From a virus (Duplodnaviria; Caudoviricetes), in IMG/VR virus record IMGVR_UViG_3300012665_000657, positions 1 through 50,896 of that record: a stretch of DNA of 50,896 nt. The stretch is one strand, 5' to 3'. Shown in pieces: positions 42,674 through 50,896 of the stretch. Position 1 is the stretch's first letter, and each line of letters starts with the position of its first letter. Made by a program: the position numbers and the translations under genes. The notes beneath the pieces are model-generated. The model saw nothing but the letters and a program-made list of their open reading frames with translations, had not been told where the DNA came from and made no database searches.

Positions 42674-42702
42674 ATTATAACATCGATGAACTAAAAAGTC
42701 AA
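42674..42702 (-). promoter_or_regulatory. Sigma70-type promoter
   Basis: TTGACT-17-TATAAT. Confidence 0.85.
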
Positions 42703-42703
42703 G

Positions 42704-42925
42704 TTACTTCCATTTTAATTCAAACCACATAGCATCTTTTGAATCAGTAAATTTATATTCAGCAACGTTATCGCAGATGTAAGAACAGTCCGAAACGTCT
42801 TGCACATGATAATCTATAAAACTAGAGCATTGTGTCTTTGCCCAATCTGCAGCGGTTTTAAAATGTTCGTGGGTCTGTTCGTAAGGAATCTTTTCGTCGG
42901 TCAGATAAACAATTTTTAAGACCAT
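42704..42925 (-). CDS. Small paralogue family member 1
   Basis: WAKTQC...FTDSKDAMWFELKW. Confidence 0.75.
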   Translation of the reverse strand: MVLKIVYLTDEKIPYEQTHEHFKTAADWAKTQCSSFIDYHVQDVSDCSYICDNVAEYKFTDSKDAMWFELKWK

Positions 42926-43185
42926 TTTAGTGCAAACATACTTGCGTCTTGCTCATTTTGGAAGTACCACGCTCTGCCAGATATATCACTCAGGTCTCTA
43001 AATTTACCTTGACAGTGCTCAAGACACCATGTAAGTTTTTCTGCAAAGTCTTCATCGGGCAACATTATCATGCTGTATGTACCTAACAACTCCATAAGTC
43101 TCTGATCAACCTTTAAATGATTCTCAGCTCTCACAGCTTTAAATAAATTTTCAGTTAGCATCTCGGAAGGAGTAGGATTACCCAT
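42916..43185 (-). CDS. Small paralogue family member 2
   Basis: WCLEHC...FQNEQDASMFALKW. Confidence 0.75.
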   Translation of the reverse strand: MGNPTPSEMLTENLFKAVRAENHLKVDQRLMELLGTYSMIMLPDEDFAEKLTWCLEHCQGKFRDLSDISGRAWYFQNEQDASMFALKWS

Positions 43186-43529
43186 TATTGTTTCCTTAAT
43201 AGCCACTCTGTTAACCGTGCGCCTTGCAGTTTGGCACGTATGACAAATTGGTATCCGTGATTATAAGGATCTGCTTGCCGATGCCAACATGGAGGTTCCA
43301 CTGCATTTTCCATAATCCATTTGCCTGCATCGCTTTCCTGCCATTCCCATAACGGTTGGGCTGCATACAGATCTGGATCCTCGACATCGCCCATTCTGAA
43401 TTCGTGAACAACTACTTCTTTAGTTTCTTCCACTCGGTCTCCTACTACGGTATATCTATATGTATCCTGTGTAGGTTTTGGACCTAGCCAACCTTGGCTA
43501 CTATCCCAATTGAGACGATCAATTGCCAT
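43185..43529 (-). CDS. Small paralogue family member 3 (divergent)
   Basis: WIMEN...LTEWLLRK. Confidence 0.7.
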   Translation of the reverse strand: MAIDRLNWDSSQGWLGPKPTQDTYRYTVVGDRVEETKEVVVHEFRMGDVEDPDLYAAQPLWEWQESDAGKWIMENAVEPPCWHRQADPYNHGYQFVIRAKLQGARLTEWLLRKQ

Positions 43530-43782
43530 ATTTTAACGTAAAGAGGGTGGCTTCTTTGTCGTTCAAAATAGTCACTGTCCACATAGGATTGCCGCTATTG
43601 AAACGATGTGTATAATCTGCTGTAGGACAATGTCTTGCCATCCAAATTTCAAACTCGTGATCGTCTTCGGGATATACCCAACAACTCCAACTACGTGGCA
43701 GAACAGTTTCTCCAAACCGATTTCCGGGATTAATCGGCGTAACTCCGTCATTAAATCTCCAATGATGCACTAATGTTTTCAT
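43519..43782 (-). CDS. Small paralogue family member 4
   Basis: WMARHC...KEATLFTLKY. Confidence 0.75.
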   Translation of the reverse strand: MKTLVHHWRFNDGVTPINPGNRFGETVLPRSWSCWVYPEDDHEFEIWMARHCPTADYTHRFNSGNPMWTVTILNDKEATLFTLKYGN

Positions 43783-44036
43783 CGCCATCTCATAATGAAG
43801 TTTACAGCGTCTCCAGAATTTTCAAAGATAACTTCGCTGCCCTTGCGTTCGTAGGGATTCTTACAGTTATCTGCTAACCAAGTGATAACATCAACAGAAT
43901 GTTCGCGACTATTAAATCTAGGTAATAGTACGCGAGTCCACCCTATTCCGACTAACATACCCCAAAGTATTTCTTTGTCAATTTCACTTTGCATCTGTGA
44001 GCCTAGCTCGTCTAAGATTTCTTTTTCCAAATTCAT
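43779..44036 (-). CDS. Small paralogue family member 5
   Basis: WLADNC...FENSGDAVNFIMRW. Confidence 0.75.
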   Translation of the reverse strand: MNLEKEILDELGSQMQSEIDKEILWGMLVGIGWTRVLLPRFNSREHSVDVITWLADNCKNPYERKGSEVIFENSGDAVNFIMRWR

Positions 44037-44425
44037 CGCCATTTTAGAACAAAAATAGTCCTATCCATTTCTTCGCGAAACCAAAATCGTCTATCATTCA
44101 TGTACCATCGGGCATTAGGATGAGGCGCCTTATCCTTGTCCCAGGCACTTCCGTTGGATCCAAATGTATCTAAACACCATGTCTCCATACGTAACCAACT
44201 ACCCCCCACTGGCTCTACACAGTAATAACGGGAACCGTAGACTTTGCCCTCACTTAGTTTTAAATCTTCTACAGGTCTGTTATGTATATCGTCCCATAAC
44301 CTTTGAAAAGCCTGACCGGAAAAAACACTCTTGCCCATCTGGCGGCCAGTCATTTGAACTAGTCCCTTGCCTTTGTATTTTGTCATCTTATCTAACAACT
44401 CCAATTGCCAAGGTTGTACATTCAT
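44033..44425 (-). CDS. Small paralogue family member 6
   Basis: WCLDTF...FREEMDRTIFVLKW. Confidence 0.75.
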   Translation of the reverse strand: MNVQPWQLELLDKMTKYKGKGLVQMTGRQMGKSVFSGQAFQRLWDDIHNRPVEDLKLSEGKVYGSRYYCVEPVGGSWLRMETWCLDTFGSNGSAWDKDKAPHPNARWYMNDRRFWFREEMDRTIFVLKWR

Positions 44426-44685
44426 GACCACCTCAATACCATAATGGTATAGACAGTAGGGTGAAGATCAAAAGTATTCATATTCACCATCCATTTATCA
44501 TCTATGTTTTGAAACCACAATTTATCTTCGCCGGGTTGCAATCTAAGCCAGGAACTAACTTCCGGTTTGCATTGTACTGTATGCCAAAGTTCTCCGTCCA
44601 CAGTTGCAGTGGTTAGAGATCTAAATTTCTTATCTTTTAGATCTAGAGGCAAAATCTTCCAATTAGATTTCATTACCACATTCAT
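44422..44685 (-). CDS. Small paralogue family member 7 (divergent)
   Basis: WLRLQ...YTIMVLRW. Confidence 0.7.
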   Translation of the reverse strand: MNVVMKSNWKILPLDLKDKKFRSLTTATVDGELWHTVQCKPEVSSWLRLQPGEDKLWFQNIDDKWMVNMNTFDLHPTVYTIMVLRWS

Positions 44686-44933
44686 ACGTTACCTCTTCCG
44701 CCAAATTTTAGCATAAACATTACAGCATCTCGATCATCTACAAATTGAAAGTATAAAGCGTGATAGTGTTCTTCTCGCCATAGATCTTTACAATTATCAA
44801 TACACCAAATGCTCATTTCTTCAATTTGATTGCGTGTAATGTTATCAAAATTTACACGATGTGGAAATTTAATCTTAGCACGAGTTACTAAGATTTCATC
44901 CAATGTGGCTATTCTAGTTCCTGCCATTACCAT
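44682..44933 (-). CDS. Small paralogue family member 8
   Basis: WCIDNC...FVDDRDAVMFMLKF. Confidence 0.75.
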   Translation of the reverse strand: MVMAGTRIATLDEILVTRAKIKFPHRVNFDNITRNQIEEMSIWCIDNCKDLWREEHYHALYFQFVDDRDAVMFMLKFGGRGNV

Positions 44934-45225
44934 ATTTTAACAAAAACATTGTGCGTTTCTGCTCATCATAAAAATCCAAACGGACAGTATGCACATTTGT
45001 CTTACCTTCGTACCAACCCAACGGTACTATATTGAACCACTCGCCGTCTTCCGGAGGTCTGGTGTAATCAGGATCTTTCACATACTCGCGATGATCTCTT
45101 ACAGTAAAGCCCAGTACCTCTTTCATCTTGTTGCGACTCAAATAGACGCTGGGCTTTTCGCGCTTCTTGATTTCTGCAAGAACGCCGGCCCACTGACTAG
45201 GAGACATCACCACAGGCTTACTCAT
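44914..45225 (-). CDS. Small paralogue family member 9
   Basis: FYDEQKRTMFLLKY. Confidence 0.75.
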   Translation of the reverse strand: MSKPVVMSPSQWAGVLAEIKKREKPSVYLSRNKMKEVLGFTVRDHREYVKDPDYTRPPEDGEWFNIVPLGWYEGKTNVHTVRLDFYDEQKRTMFLLKYGNGRN

Positions 45226-45542
45226 CGCCACGTCCTATGCTTTTCAGCTACCCACTCGTTGCCGTCGTACTCTTCAATAGTCCATTCTACCCCTGCAGGA
45301 ATTTCTACGATTCTTAGGTCGGCGTAGCTGCCATTCGCATCGCTTTCCATTTCACGTACAATCTTTACAAGGTAAGGGTCGTCACGACTGACATTTCGAT
45401 CATACCAATCTGGATCAGTAATGCCTGCCATTTCTTTATAGCGTTCACTAGCAGAATTGCTAAGGCCAAAGCCGCCGTAGCAGTTGTTGATCACAACATA
45501 TTGAATCCCTTTGAGGGTATCAATCAATTTCTCGTGTGTCAT
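45222..45542 (-). CDS. Conserved phage hypothetical protein
   Basis: VVINNCYGGFGLS, RDDPYLV, IEEYDG.EWV. Confidence 0.8.
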   Translation of the reverse strand: MTHEKLIDTLKGIQYVVINNCYGGFGLSNSASERYKEMAGITDPDWYDRNVSRDDPYLVKIVREMESDANGSYADLRIVEIPAGVEWTIEEYDGNEWVAEKHRTWR

Positions 45543-46095
45543 TGTTATCTTTCTTTGTTACAGGAAAAGGAATATCATTCAGCATATGATGTTGGTCAAT
45601 TGCATCTCGTAGAGCAATTTCAACTAACTGGTTAAACGTGATGTCACGCTCATGTGCTATTTTCATATATTGAAACAGTTCTTCATCTGAAAAGTCAACT
45701 GGTACTTGCACACGAGTATCATATGTTTCACCTGCTCGGATAGCAAGTGCTTTTTGAATGAAATCGTCGACAACATCCAAATCCATGTAGTCAACACAAT
45801 CCCACGCTTCGTTTAAATTAACTCCGCGGTCTGTTGCTTCTTTAGCATGTTTCTTTTGAAACTTTGGATTAATCATACGATAAGCACGTTCGTTCGTGTA
45901 ATCACACACACTTACTTCGTAGACCTTTTGGCTTTTAGTACTAAAGATAATACTAAAACTGTATCCACCCTTACCATGAACACCGTTCCAACTATCTAAT
46001 GTATAACTGTAAGGACCGTAACACGACCAACCATAATCACTACCTTCGGTAATTTTATAGTCAACTAGTTCCATCCATTCTTTAATCGTAATCAT
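45520..46095 (-). CDS. Hypothetical protein
   Basis: 191 aa; C-terminal AHERDITFNQLV resembles a ribbon-helix-helix. Confidence 0.75.
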   Translation of the reverse strand: MITIKEWMELVDYKITEGSDYGWSCYGPYSYTLDSWNGVHGKGGYSFSIIFSTKSQKVYEVSVCDYTNERAYRMINPKFQKKHAKEATDRGVNLNEAWDCVDYMDLDVVDDFIQKALAIRAGETYDTRVQVPVDFSDEELFQYMKIAHERDITFNQLVEIALRDAIDQHHMLNDIPFPVTKKDNNDTREID

Positions 46096-46319
46096 TTTTT
46101 ATCCTTTGTTTCTAACGTAGGTTCTTCTGACTTAGCAAATTGTTCGCCTGTCTTTGGATCATAGAATACCGGCTTGTACTCGTACTTGAACCAAGTTACT
46201 GGTTTCCAATATTTGTGAACTAAGTTATTAATTAAAATTACACCGGCTGCAATTACAACCATACCCATAGTAACTAGAATGCTGCCTGCAAAAAATACCG
46301 CGAGTTTGTCCATGTCCAT
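46092..46319 (-). CDS. Small membrane protein
   Basis: N-terminal hydrophobic helix. Confidence 0.7.
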   Translation of the reverse strand: MDMDKLAVFFAGSILVTMGMVVIAAGVILINNLVHKYWKPVTWFKYEYKPVFYDPKTGEQFAKSEEPTLETKDKK

Positions 46320-46320
46320 T

Positions 46321-46569
46321 TTAAAGTTCTTTTAGAAGTTGTTTAATGTCTTTATGTTTAACTATTATAAACGAAGTTAGCCCATCTGTCAACTTCATCG
46401 GTAAGTCTAAATGAATAGTTATTTCCGGGCCGTCTATATTGTTGATCAATCTATCATTACCCACTGTTCCAATGAATGGGATCTTTTTATACTTGCCAAA
46501 TACACGATCACCTATATTATAGGTATGCTTGTATCCAATCTTGTTAAAGTAATCAGTTAGACTTGCCAT
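46321..46569 (-). CDS. Hypothetical protein
   Basis: 82 aa, IGDRV SH3-like pattern. Confidence 0.7.
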   Translation of the reverse strand: MASLTDYFNKIGYKHTYNIGDRVFGKYKKIPFIGTVGNDRLINNIDGPEITIHLDLPMKLTDGLTSFIIVKHKDIKQLLKEL

Positions 46570-47020
46570 TATGATCTTTTGTTAATTCACACATTAACAT
46601 AAAATGATCGTAGGCTTTACGAACACTTTCATTCTGCATGAGCTTGTTAGCTTCTTCTTGCATAGCCTTTAGCCCTGCTTCTGCACAGTCGTGTATGCTA
46701 AGACCTTGTAGTGTACAAAGCTCGTCGCCAAACGCTGCCGCCAATGCTTCCCAGGCTTTTTTCTGTTTAGCTGTAATGGGTGCGCGGGGCGGCCGAAGCT
46801 CGGCAGCTTTTGAAATAGCACGACAGATAGCATCTTCGGCGACCCGGCCAGCGGCAATCATTGGAGCATATGCAGGTTCAACATTATACCGGCGACTTTG
46901 TCCGCCAGGATAGACCATTACAAGATGAGTGCCTTTTGAAAATGCATCAATGAATTCATTATCGTACTCGTATGCAGGCACATACTTACGACCTTCTTTG
47001 ATATAAAATATTTTTTTCAT
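46553..47020 (-). CDS. Hypothetical protein
   Basis: 155 aa; C-terminal NESVRKAYDHF. Confidence 0.75.
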   Translation of the reverse strand: MKKIFYIKEGRKYVPAYEYDNEFIDAFSKGTHLVMVYPGGQSRRYNVEPAYAPMIAAGRVAEDAICRAISKAAELRPPRAPITAKQKKAWEALAAAFGDELCTLQGLSIHDCAEAGLKAMQEEANKLMQNESVRKAYDHFMLMCELTKDHNGKSN

Positions 47021-47150
47021 CTAGTGCTTCTCTACATTCTATCAACAAATCTCTCACCGCAAGATGATTGGCAAGTTCAGGATTAAACAGTCCGCCTGTT
47101 GCTAGGTAATCTGTAATCCTGTTAATCAGATCCTGAACCTGCTGATCCAT
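46986..47150 (-). CDS. Small hypothetical protein (54 aa, not in ORF track)
   Basis: MDQQVQDLINRITDYLATGGLFNPELANH...; ATG 1 nt after the SPFH stop. Confidence 0.6.
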   Translation of the reverse strand: MDQQVQDLINRITDYLATGGLFNPELANHLAVRDLLIECREALDEKNILYQRRS

Positions 47151-47151
47151 A

Positions 47152-47946
47152 TTACTTGTTCATCATCAGTGCATTAAAGTTACTTGGAACAACAATAGTC
47201 TGCACCTTGCCGTTCTTAATACCTTCGGAGATATTCAACATAGCCTGTGCTTGCATAAATGCAATCGAACTACCTGAGTTGTTAGCCAATGCTGCCATAC
47301 GACGTGATTCAGCTTCGGCAGTCTTAACTTCAACTTCCTTTTGCTTCAATTCATTCTTTGAACGAACTAGTGCATTAGCTGATTCAACTACGGAGTCTGC
47401 TGGCACAACATTACGAATCAACACTTGGCTGATCATGATAGTACCGTCCAACTTTTCTTCTGCCAAGTTGCGAACAATTTCATCTTGAATGAACTTTTCC
47501 ATTTCACTACGCTTGTCTGCCATATCCAGTGCTTCGTACTTACGAGCAGCCTTGTAGATAGCATTACGAGCATTTTGCACAATGTAATTATACATCACAT
47601 AAGTATCGCCTTTAAACTCAGCGTGGAATGCCTTGTTCTTAGTTGAATACAGTTCTGCCACTTGTTGTGGGTTGATGTTGTAGACAACTACAGCATCGAA
47701 GTCTTTCATGGTGCTGTTATCACTAGCCACTGGAGTCATGTCATTAAGTGTGACATTAACGTCTTTGATAGGGAATGTAAGCACATCTCCAATCAGTACT
47801 TGGTTAAAAGAGCCAGGTAGCAGTTCGCCGGACTGTACCTGTTTGTCAAAACCAACCCGTACACCAACTTCGCCGGTTTCGATACGAGTACAACCTGTTG
47901 CCAAAACAGCAGCAGCCAAAATAGAGAGAGTCAAAATACGTTTCAT
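47152..47946 (-). CDS. SPFH/Band-7 (prohibitin-like) lipoprotein
   Basis: Lipobox LATGC, IETGEVGV, coiled-coil AEAE region. Confidence 0.85.
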   Translation of the reverse strand: MKRILTLSILAAAVLATGCTRIETGEVGVRVGFDKQVQSGELLPGSFNQVLIGDVLTFPIKDVNVTLNDMTPVASDNSTMKDFDAVVVYNINPQQVAELYSTKNKAFHAEFKGDTYVMYNYIVQNARNAIYKAARKYEALDMADKRSEMEKFIQDEIVRNLAEEKLDGTIMISQVLIRNVVPADSVVESANALVRSKNELKQKEVEVKTAEAESRRMAALANNSGSSIAFMQAQAMLNISEGIKNGKVQTIVVPSNFNALMMNK

Positions 47947-47955
47947 GTGTGCCCT

Positions 47956-48132
47956 TTAAAATAAAACTACGATAAACATCATTACTACTATTGCTAGCAG
48001 TGCAACAATTATACTATAGGTTAGGCTTTTTGTCAAGGTCCAACGCTCAGATCCTGACATCTTTTGCCAAGCCATAATACCAAAATGAATCAACGCTGCC
48101 AAAATGGCAAATACAAATACAAATCTAATCAT
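47956..48132 (-). CDS. Small 2-TM membrane protein (58 aa)
   Basis: MIRFVFVFAILAALIHFG...IIVALLAIVVMMFIVVLF. Confidence 0.65.
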   Translation of the reverse strand: MIRFVFVFAILAALIHFGIMAWQKMSGSERWTLTKSLTYSIIVALLAIVVMMFIVVLF

Positions 48133-48320
48133 TCTTCAACTCCAAAATGTTCTCGAATCAAATCACCCTGTGTCTTACCACCTTCGGCAAGTATCCAATC
48201 AACTTTGCCAGCACATTCCCGCACAATCATCTCGGCAAACTTTTGATATTCAACTTCGCCTACAGGCCAACCTGTTAGTAGTCTAGCCTCACGGGCAAGT
48301 TCTTTAAATCGTTCGTTCAT
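48129..48320 (-). CDS. Small hypothetical protein
   Basis: MNERFKELA...KFAEMIVREC...IREHFGVEE. Confidence 0.75.
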   Translation of the reverse strand: MNERFKELAREARLLTGWPVGEVEYQKFAEMIVRECAGKVDWILAEGGKTQGDLIREHFGVEE

Positions 48321-48421
48321 ACTATTGCCACCATAAAGATAATAACAGCCGCGATAGGATGCCCGAACAGCAAAGCCATCATAGCTAGGATAGTTCCGAA
48401 GAATGCTTTATCATCACTCAT
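48317..48421 (-). CDS. Small membrane peptide (34 aa)
   Basis: ATGA overlaps on both sides; hydrophobic. Confidence 0.55.
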   Translation of the reverse strand: MSDDKAFFGTILAMMALLFGHPIAAVIIFMVAIV

Positions 48422-48615
48422 TTAATATCTCCGATGTGAGTTTTCCAAAGTCTAATAGCCTGTTGCAATTGATCCATTTGTTCGAGTCTAATATCGTCCA
48501 TTAGGCCCATACCAATAAACTCGCAGTTCATATTAGTCTGTGTCATCTTCCACAATTTATCATGGTGCTTTTGTAATGTGTCAATGACTACATCAAATTC
48601 TTCATCTTCGTCCAT
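48418..48615 (-). CDS. Small hypothetical protein
   Basis: 65 aa ORF abutting neighbours. Confidence 0.65.
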   Translation of the reverse strand: MDEDEEFDVVIDTLQKHHDKLWKMTQTNMNCEFIGMGLMDDIRLEQMDQLQQAIRLWKTHIGDIK

Positions 48616-49458
48616 TTAAACCTCAAATGTAAAGTTAAAATCAAAACTGTCGTTTTCGCCAGGATAGCCATGCGGGTTACAAACTACACGAGTGTCGCCA
48701 ATCTTGTAATCAAAGTTGTTGTGCATATGTCCGTGTGTCCATACTTTAATTCTAGGGCGATCCAAAATGAACTCACTCATGTCAGTGCTATATCCGCCGT
48801 TCATTAGTGTGTCGTGTTTGTAGATTTCATGTATACTCAAATGACTCGGAGCATGGTGGCTACAAATAATCACTTTTGCATCTTCGGGCAAGTTACCAAT
48901 CACACTTTTAAAGTAATCACGGGTCTTGTTATGTTCCATAACAGTACGTGCAGGCAAAAACTTTTTAAAGTTTTCACTAGCAACACGAATAACACGGAAG
49001 TCGTTCATACACTGTTCCAAATGATACAAGGTTAATGCATCGCCTTTGTTACAGTCAGTCCACATAGTTCCACCGATAAAGTGAACATCGTCAATTAGTT
49101 TAGTATCGCGATCAAGCAAATGGATATTATGGATATTTAGGTATCCAAGAGTTTCACGGATAATGTCTGCACTACGATCAAACTTACCGTGATAGTGTTC
49201 GTGATTACCCATAACGTAGATCACGTGTTTGAACTGAAAACTTATACGTTGAAAAAAATCTCTGTAGCGCATAGCACGTTTAGCACGGCCAAAACCTTCT
49301 TCGGGGAGAGCCTCCCAAGCAAGACTTGCAGGTTGATTGCGCAGATCGTCAGCCACAAGGATGTCACCGGACAGTATCAGCACATCTGCGTTTGATTCGT
49401 TTTTGATGAATACATCTGCAAACTCAAGATGTAGATCACTAGCAAGTTGTATTTTCAT
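48616..49458 (-). CDS. Calcineurin-like metallophosphoesterase
   Basis: SDLHLE, SGDI, GNHE, HHAP, HGHMH, CNPHGY. Confidence 0.9.
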   Translation of the reverse strand: MKIQLASDLHLEFADVFIKNESNADVLILSGDILVADDLRNQPASLAWEALPEEGFGRAKRAMRYRDFFQRISFQFKHVIYVMGNHEHYHGKFDRSADIIRETLGYLNIHNIHLLDRDTKLIDDVHFIGGTMWTDCNKGDALTLYHLEQCMNDFRVIRVASENFKKFLPARTVMEHNKTRDYFKSVIGNLPEDAKVIICSHHAPSHLSIHEIYKHDTLMNGGYSTDMSEFILDRPRIKVWTHGHMHNNFDYKIGDTRVVCNPHGYPGENDSFDFNFTFEV

Positions 49459-49486
49459 AGTTTTATCTAAGGAGTTTTATGTGTAT

Positions 49487-49515
49487 ATTATAGCACCTGT
49501 TTATGATTGTGTCAA
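49487..49515 (-). promoter_or_regulatory. Sigma70-type promoter for the early small-gene operon
   Basis: TTGACA-17-TATAAT. Confidence 0.9.
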
Positions 49516-49556
49516 ACGGTTAAATACTCATATTACACCAACCCGGGAGCGAAACG

Positions 49557-49838
49557 ATGGGCGATATTTTCAAAATAATTGGTGATTTAGGCATGCCAGT
49601 TGCCGCAGCATTAGCAGGTGGGTATTTTGTATACTTAACTATTAAGTTGCTGTTACAAGGCGTGCTCGGATCAATCAAAGGCATGGCAGGCATTATCACT
49701 GCCCTAGATAATCGTGTTAAAACCATGAATCACGATGTTATCCGCATTGACACTGTAGTATCAAATGCGCTAGGTTTACGCCCTGACGTAGATCGTATTA
49801 GTCGAGCTGATGGCAAGAACGATGCGAGAAGGGATTAA
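49557..49838 (+). CDS. Small membrane protein with coiled-coil tail
   Basis: GGAG RBS, TM helix; TAAATA at 49521-49526. Confidence 0.75.
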   Translation: MGDIFKIIGDLGMPVAAALAGGYFVYLTIKLLLQGVLGSIKGMAGIITALDNRVKTMNHDVIRIDTVVSNALGLRPDVDRISRADGKNDARRD

Positions 49839-49840
49839 CA

Positions 49841-50023
49841 ATGTTACATTTTGATTATACATGGGACCTAAGCCCGGATGGTATCAAGTTAGACGAAGAA
49901 CTCAATGTAGATAAATTAGGATGGAAAGGCGGAGACTATTTCCAGTTAGTTAACATTAATGGAAGATGCTACCTTAAAAAAGTAGACCCACTAGTAAAAT
50001 TTTTAAAGGACGGTGAAAAATGA
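49841..50023 (+). CDS. Small hypothetical protein (AbrB-like pattern)
   Basis: KLGWKGGD motif. Confidence 0.65.
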   Translation: MLHFDYTWDLSPDGIKLDEELNVDKLGWKGGDYFQLVNINGRCYLKKVDPLVKFLKDGEK

Positions 50024-50169
50024 ACAAGTGGGATAAATGGCACGATAGTCTGCCAGCACACACTAAAGAGTATTTAAAGAATCAACCCTTATGGCACGAT
50101 AAAGATATTGCTTTATTTTGCAGTATTGCTATAGTGGTTGGATTTTTCTTTGGCTATGTTGCCGGATAA
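50020..50169 (+). CDS. Small membrane protein (49 aa)
   Basis: ATGA overlap, C-terminal TM. Confidence 0.6.
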   Translation: MNKWDKWHDSLPAHTKEYLKNQPLWHDKDIALFCSIAIVVGFFFGYVAG

Positions 50170-50175
50170 GAAATT

Positions 50176-50896
50176 ATGGTTAATGTAACTCTTACATTCG
50201 ATGTTAACGGATATGGATATGTTAAAGCTAACGGTCAGAATGCAGTTCCTGCACAGGTGTCTCGTACTACAGCAATAGCAAATATAATTAGGGAAGAGAT
50301 TGTGAATCAAGAAACTATATTAAACTATTATGATACGCTGAGTATCACGGATCGAGCAACATTAACAGCATCACTACGCACAACTGAGTTGGCTATTATA
50401 GCACGTGAAAAGGCCGCACTTAAAGCACGTAATCTAGCACTGGGATTAAACACTGGATTGACTAGAGACGAATACAGCACCAGTGCTTGGCAAATCAAAC
50501 AAGACTATCCAGACAGTGAAGATGGTGTATACTGGATTCGTAATGACGATTTCAACAACGGAGATCCTGTACAGGTCTATTGTGATATGACTACGTTAGG
50601 TGGTGGCTGGACACTAGTTGTTCAGAACTCCGGTAGTAGTTGGACTCCGGAGCAAGTGTATAGTCGTAGTACTACAACACCTCCTGCTGAGTTAGTTGGC
50701 TGGGATGTACAATCAGCAGACCATAACTACAGTATTCTAAGTTGGGCTGACAAGATTAAACGAGCAGAGACAGGATTTGATTTTATGATTACTGCTCGTG
50801 AACACGCTTCACTAGGTGGTGCGTGGACTGCTAACGAAGCATACTCATTTACTCAGACTCTTGTTGATGGTGCTGCCTTTGGTGATGAACTGTTGG
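50176..50896 (+). CDS. Fibrinogen-C-like domain protein, partial (possible virion adhesin)
   Basis: DGVYWI...VYCDMTTLGGGWTLV; open to the window end. Confidence 0.8.
   Translation, partial: MVNVTLTFDVNGYGYVKANGQNAVPAQVSRTTAIANIIREEIVNQETILNYYDTLSITDRATLTASLRTTELAIIAREKAALKARNLALGLNTGLTRDEYSTSAWQIKQDYPDSEDGVYWIRNDDFNNGDPVQVYCDMTTLGGGWTLVVQNSGSSWTPEQVYSRSTTTPPAELVGWDVQSADHNYSILSWADKIKRAETGFDFMITAREHASLGGAWTANEAYSFTQTLVDGAAFGDELL

Noticed and set aside
44033-44425. Terminase/ATPase call from TGRQMGKS
   Set aside because: Walker-A-like string only; the 130-aa protein has no Walker B and ends in the paralogue-family motif.

Overview
AT-rich window from a large tailed dsDNA phage (T4-like/jumbo type), standard genetic code. 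Basis: thyX, host-like accessory genes, a tail-fibre-like gene, consensus sigma70 promoters and T4-like late promoter cores TAA(A/G/T)TA. Three parts. (1) ~2.0-31.4 kb: a dense tailoring-enzyme island with 10 radical SAM genes (2 with a B12-binding-like N-domain, 1 with a Tes/GDGT-MAS-like N-terminus), 11 2OG-Fe(II)/cupin oxygenases, a flavin halogenase, QueC-like, PLP-enzyme, methyltransferase, SDR, GNAT-like and SGNH-like genes, and two pseudokinase-like genes. Its blocks from 4.2 to 28.5 kb each start at a late-promoter core, and it contains an Asn/Asp-repeat fibre gene. (2) ~31.4-40.4 kb: a minus-strand array of 27 canonical tRNAs covering all 20 amino acids, plus a non-canonical UAU tRNA, three aberrant tRNA-like RNAs, several unexplained structured RNAs and conserved-stem cassettes with C-AUA-G triloops. 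The array is headed by a leader peptide with a terminator/antiterminator pair. A further oversized tRNA-like RNA lies at 3990-4102. (3) ~40.4-50.9 kb: early small genes, including nine tandem paralogues, ClpP, SPFH and a phosphoesterase. All calls are by eye from motifs and manual base pairing; no searches were run.
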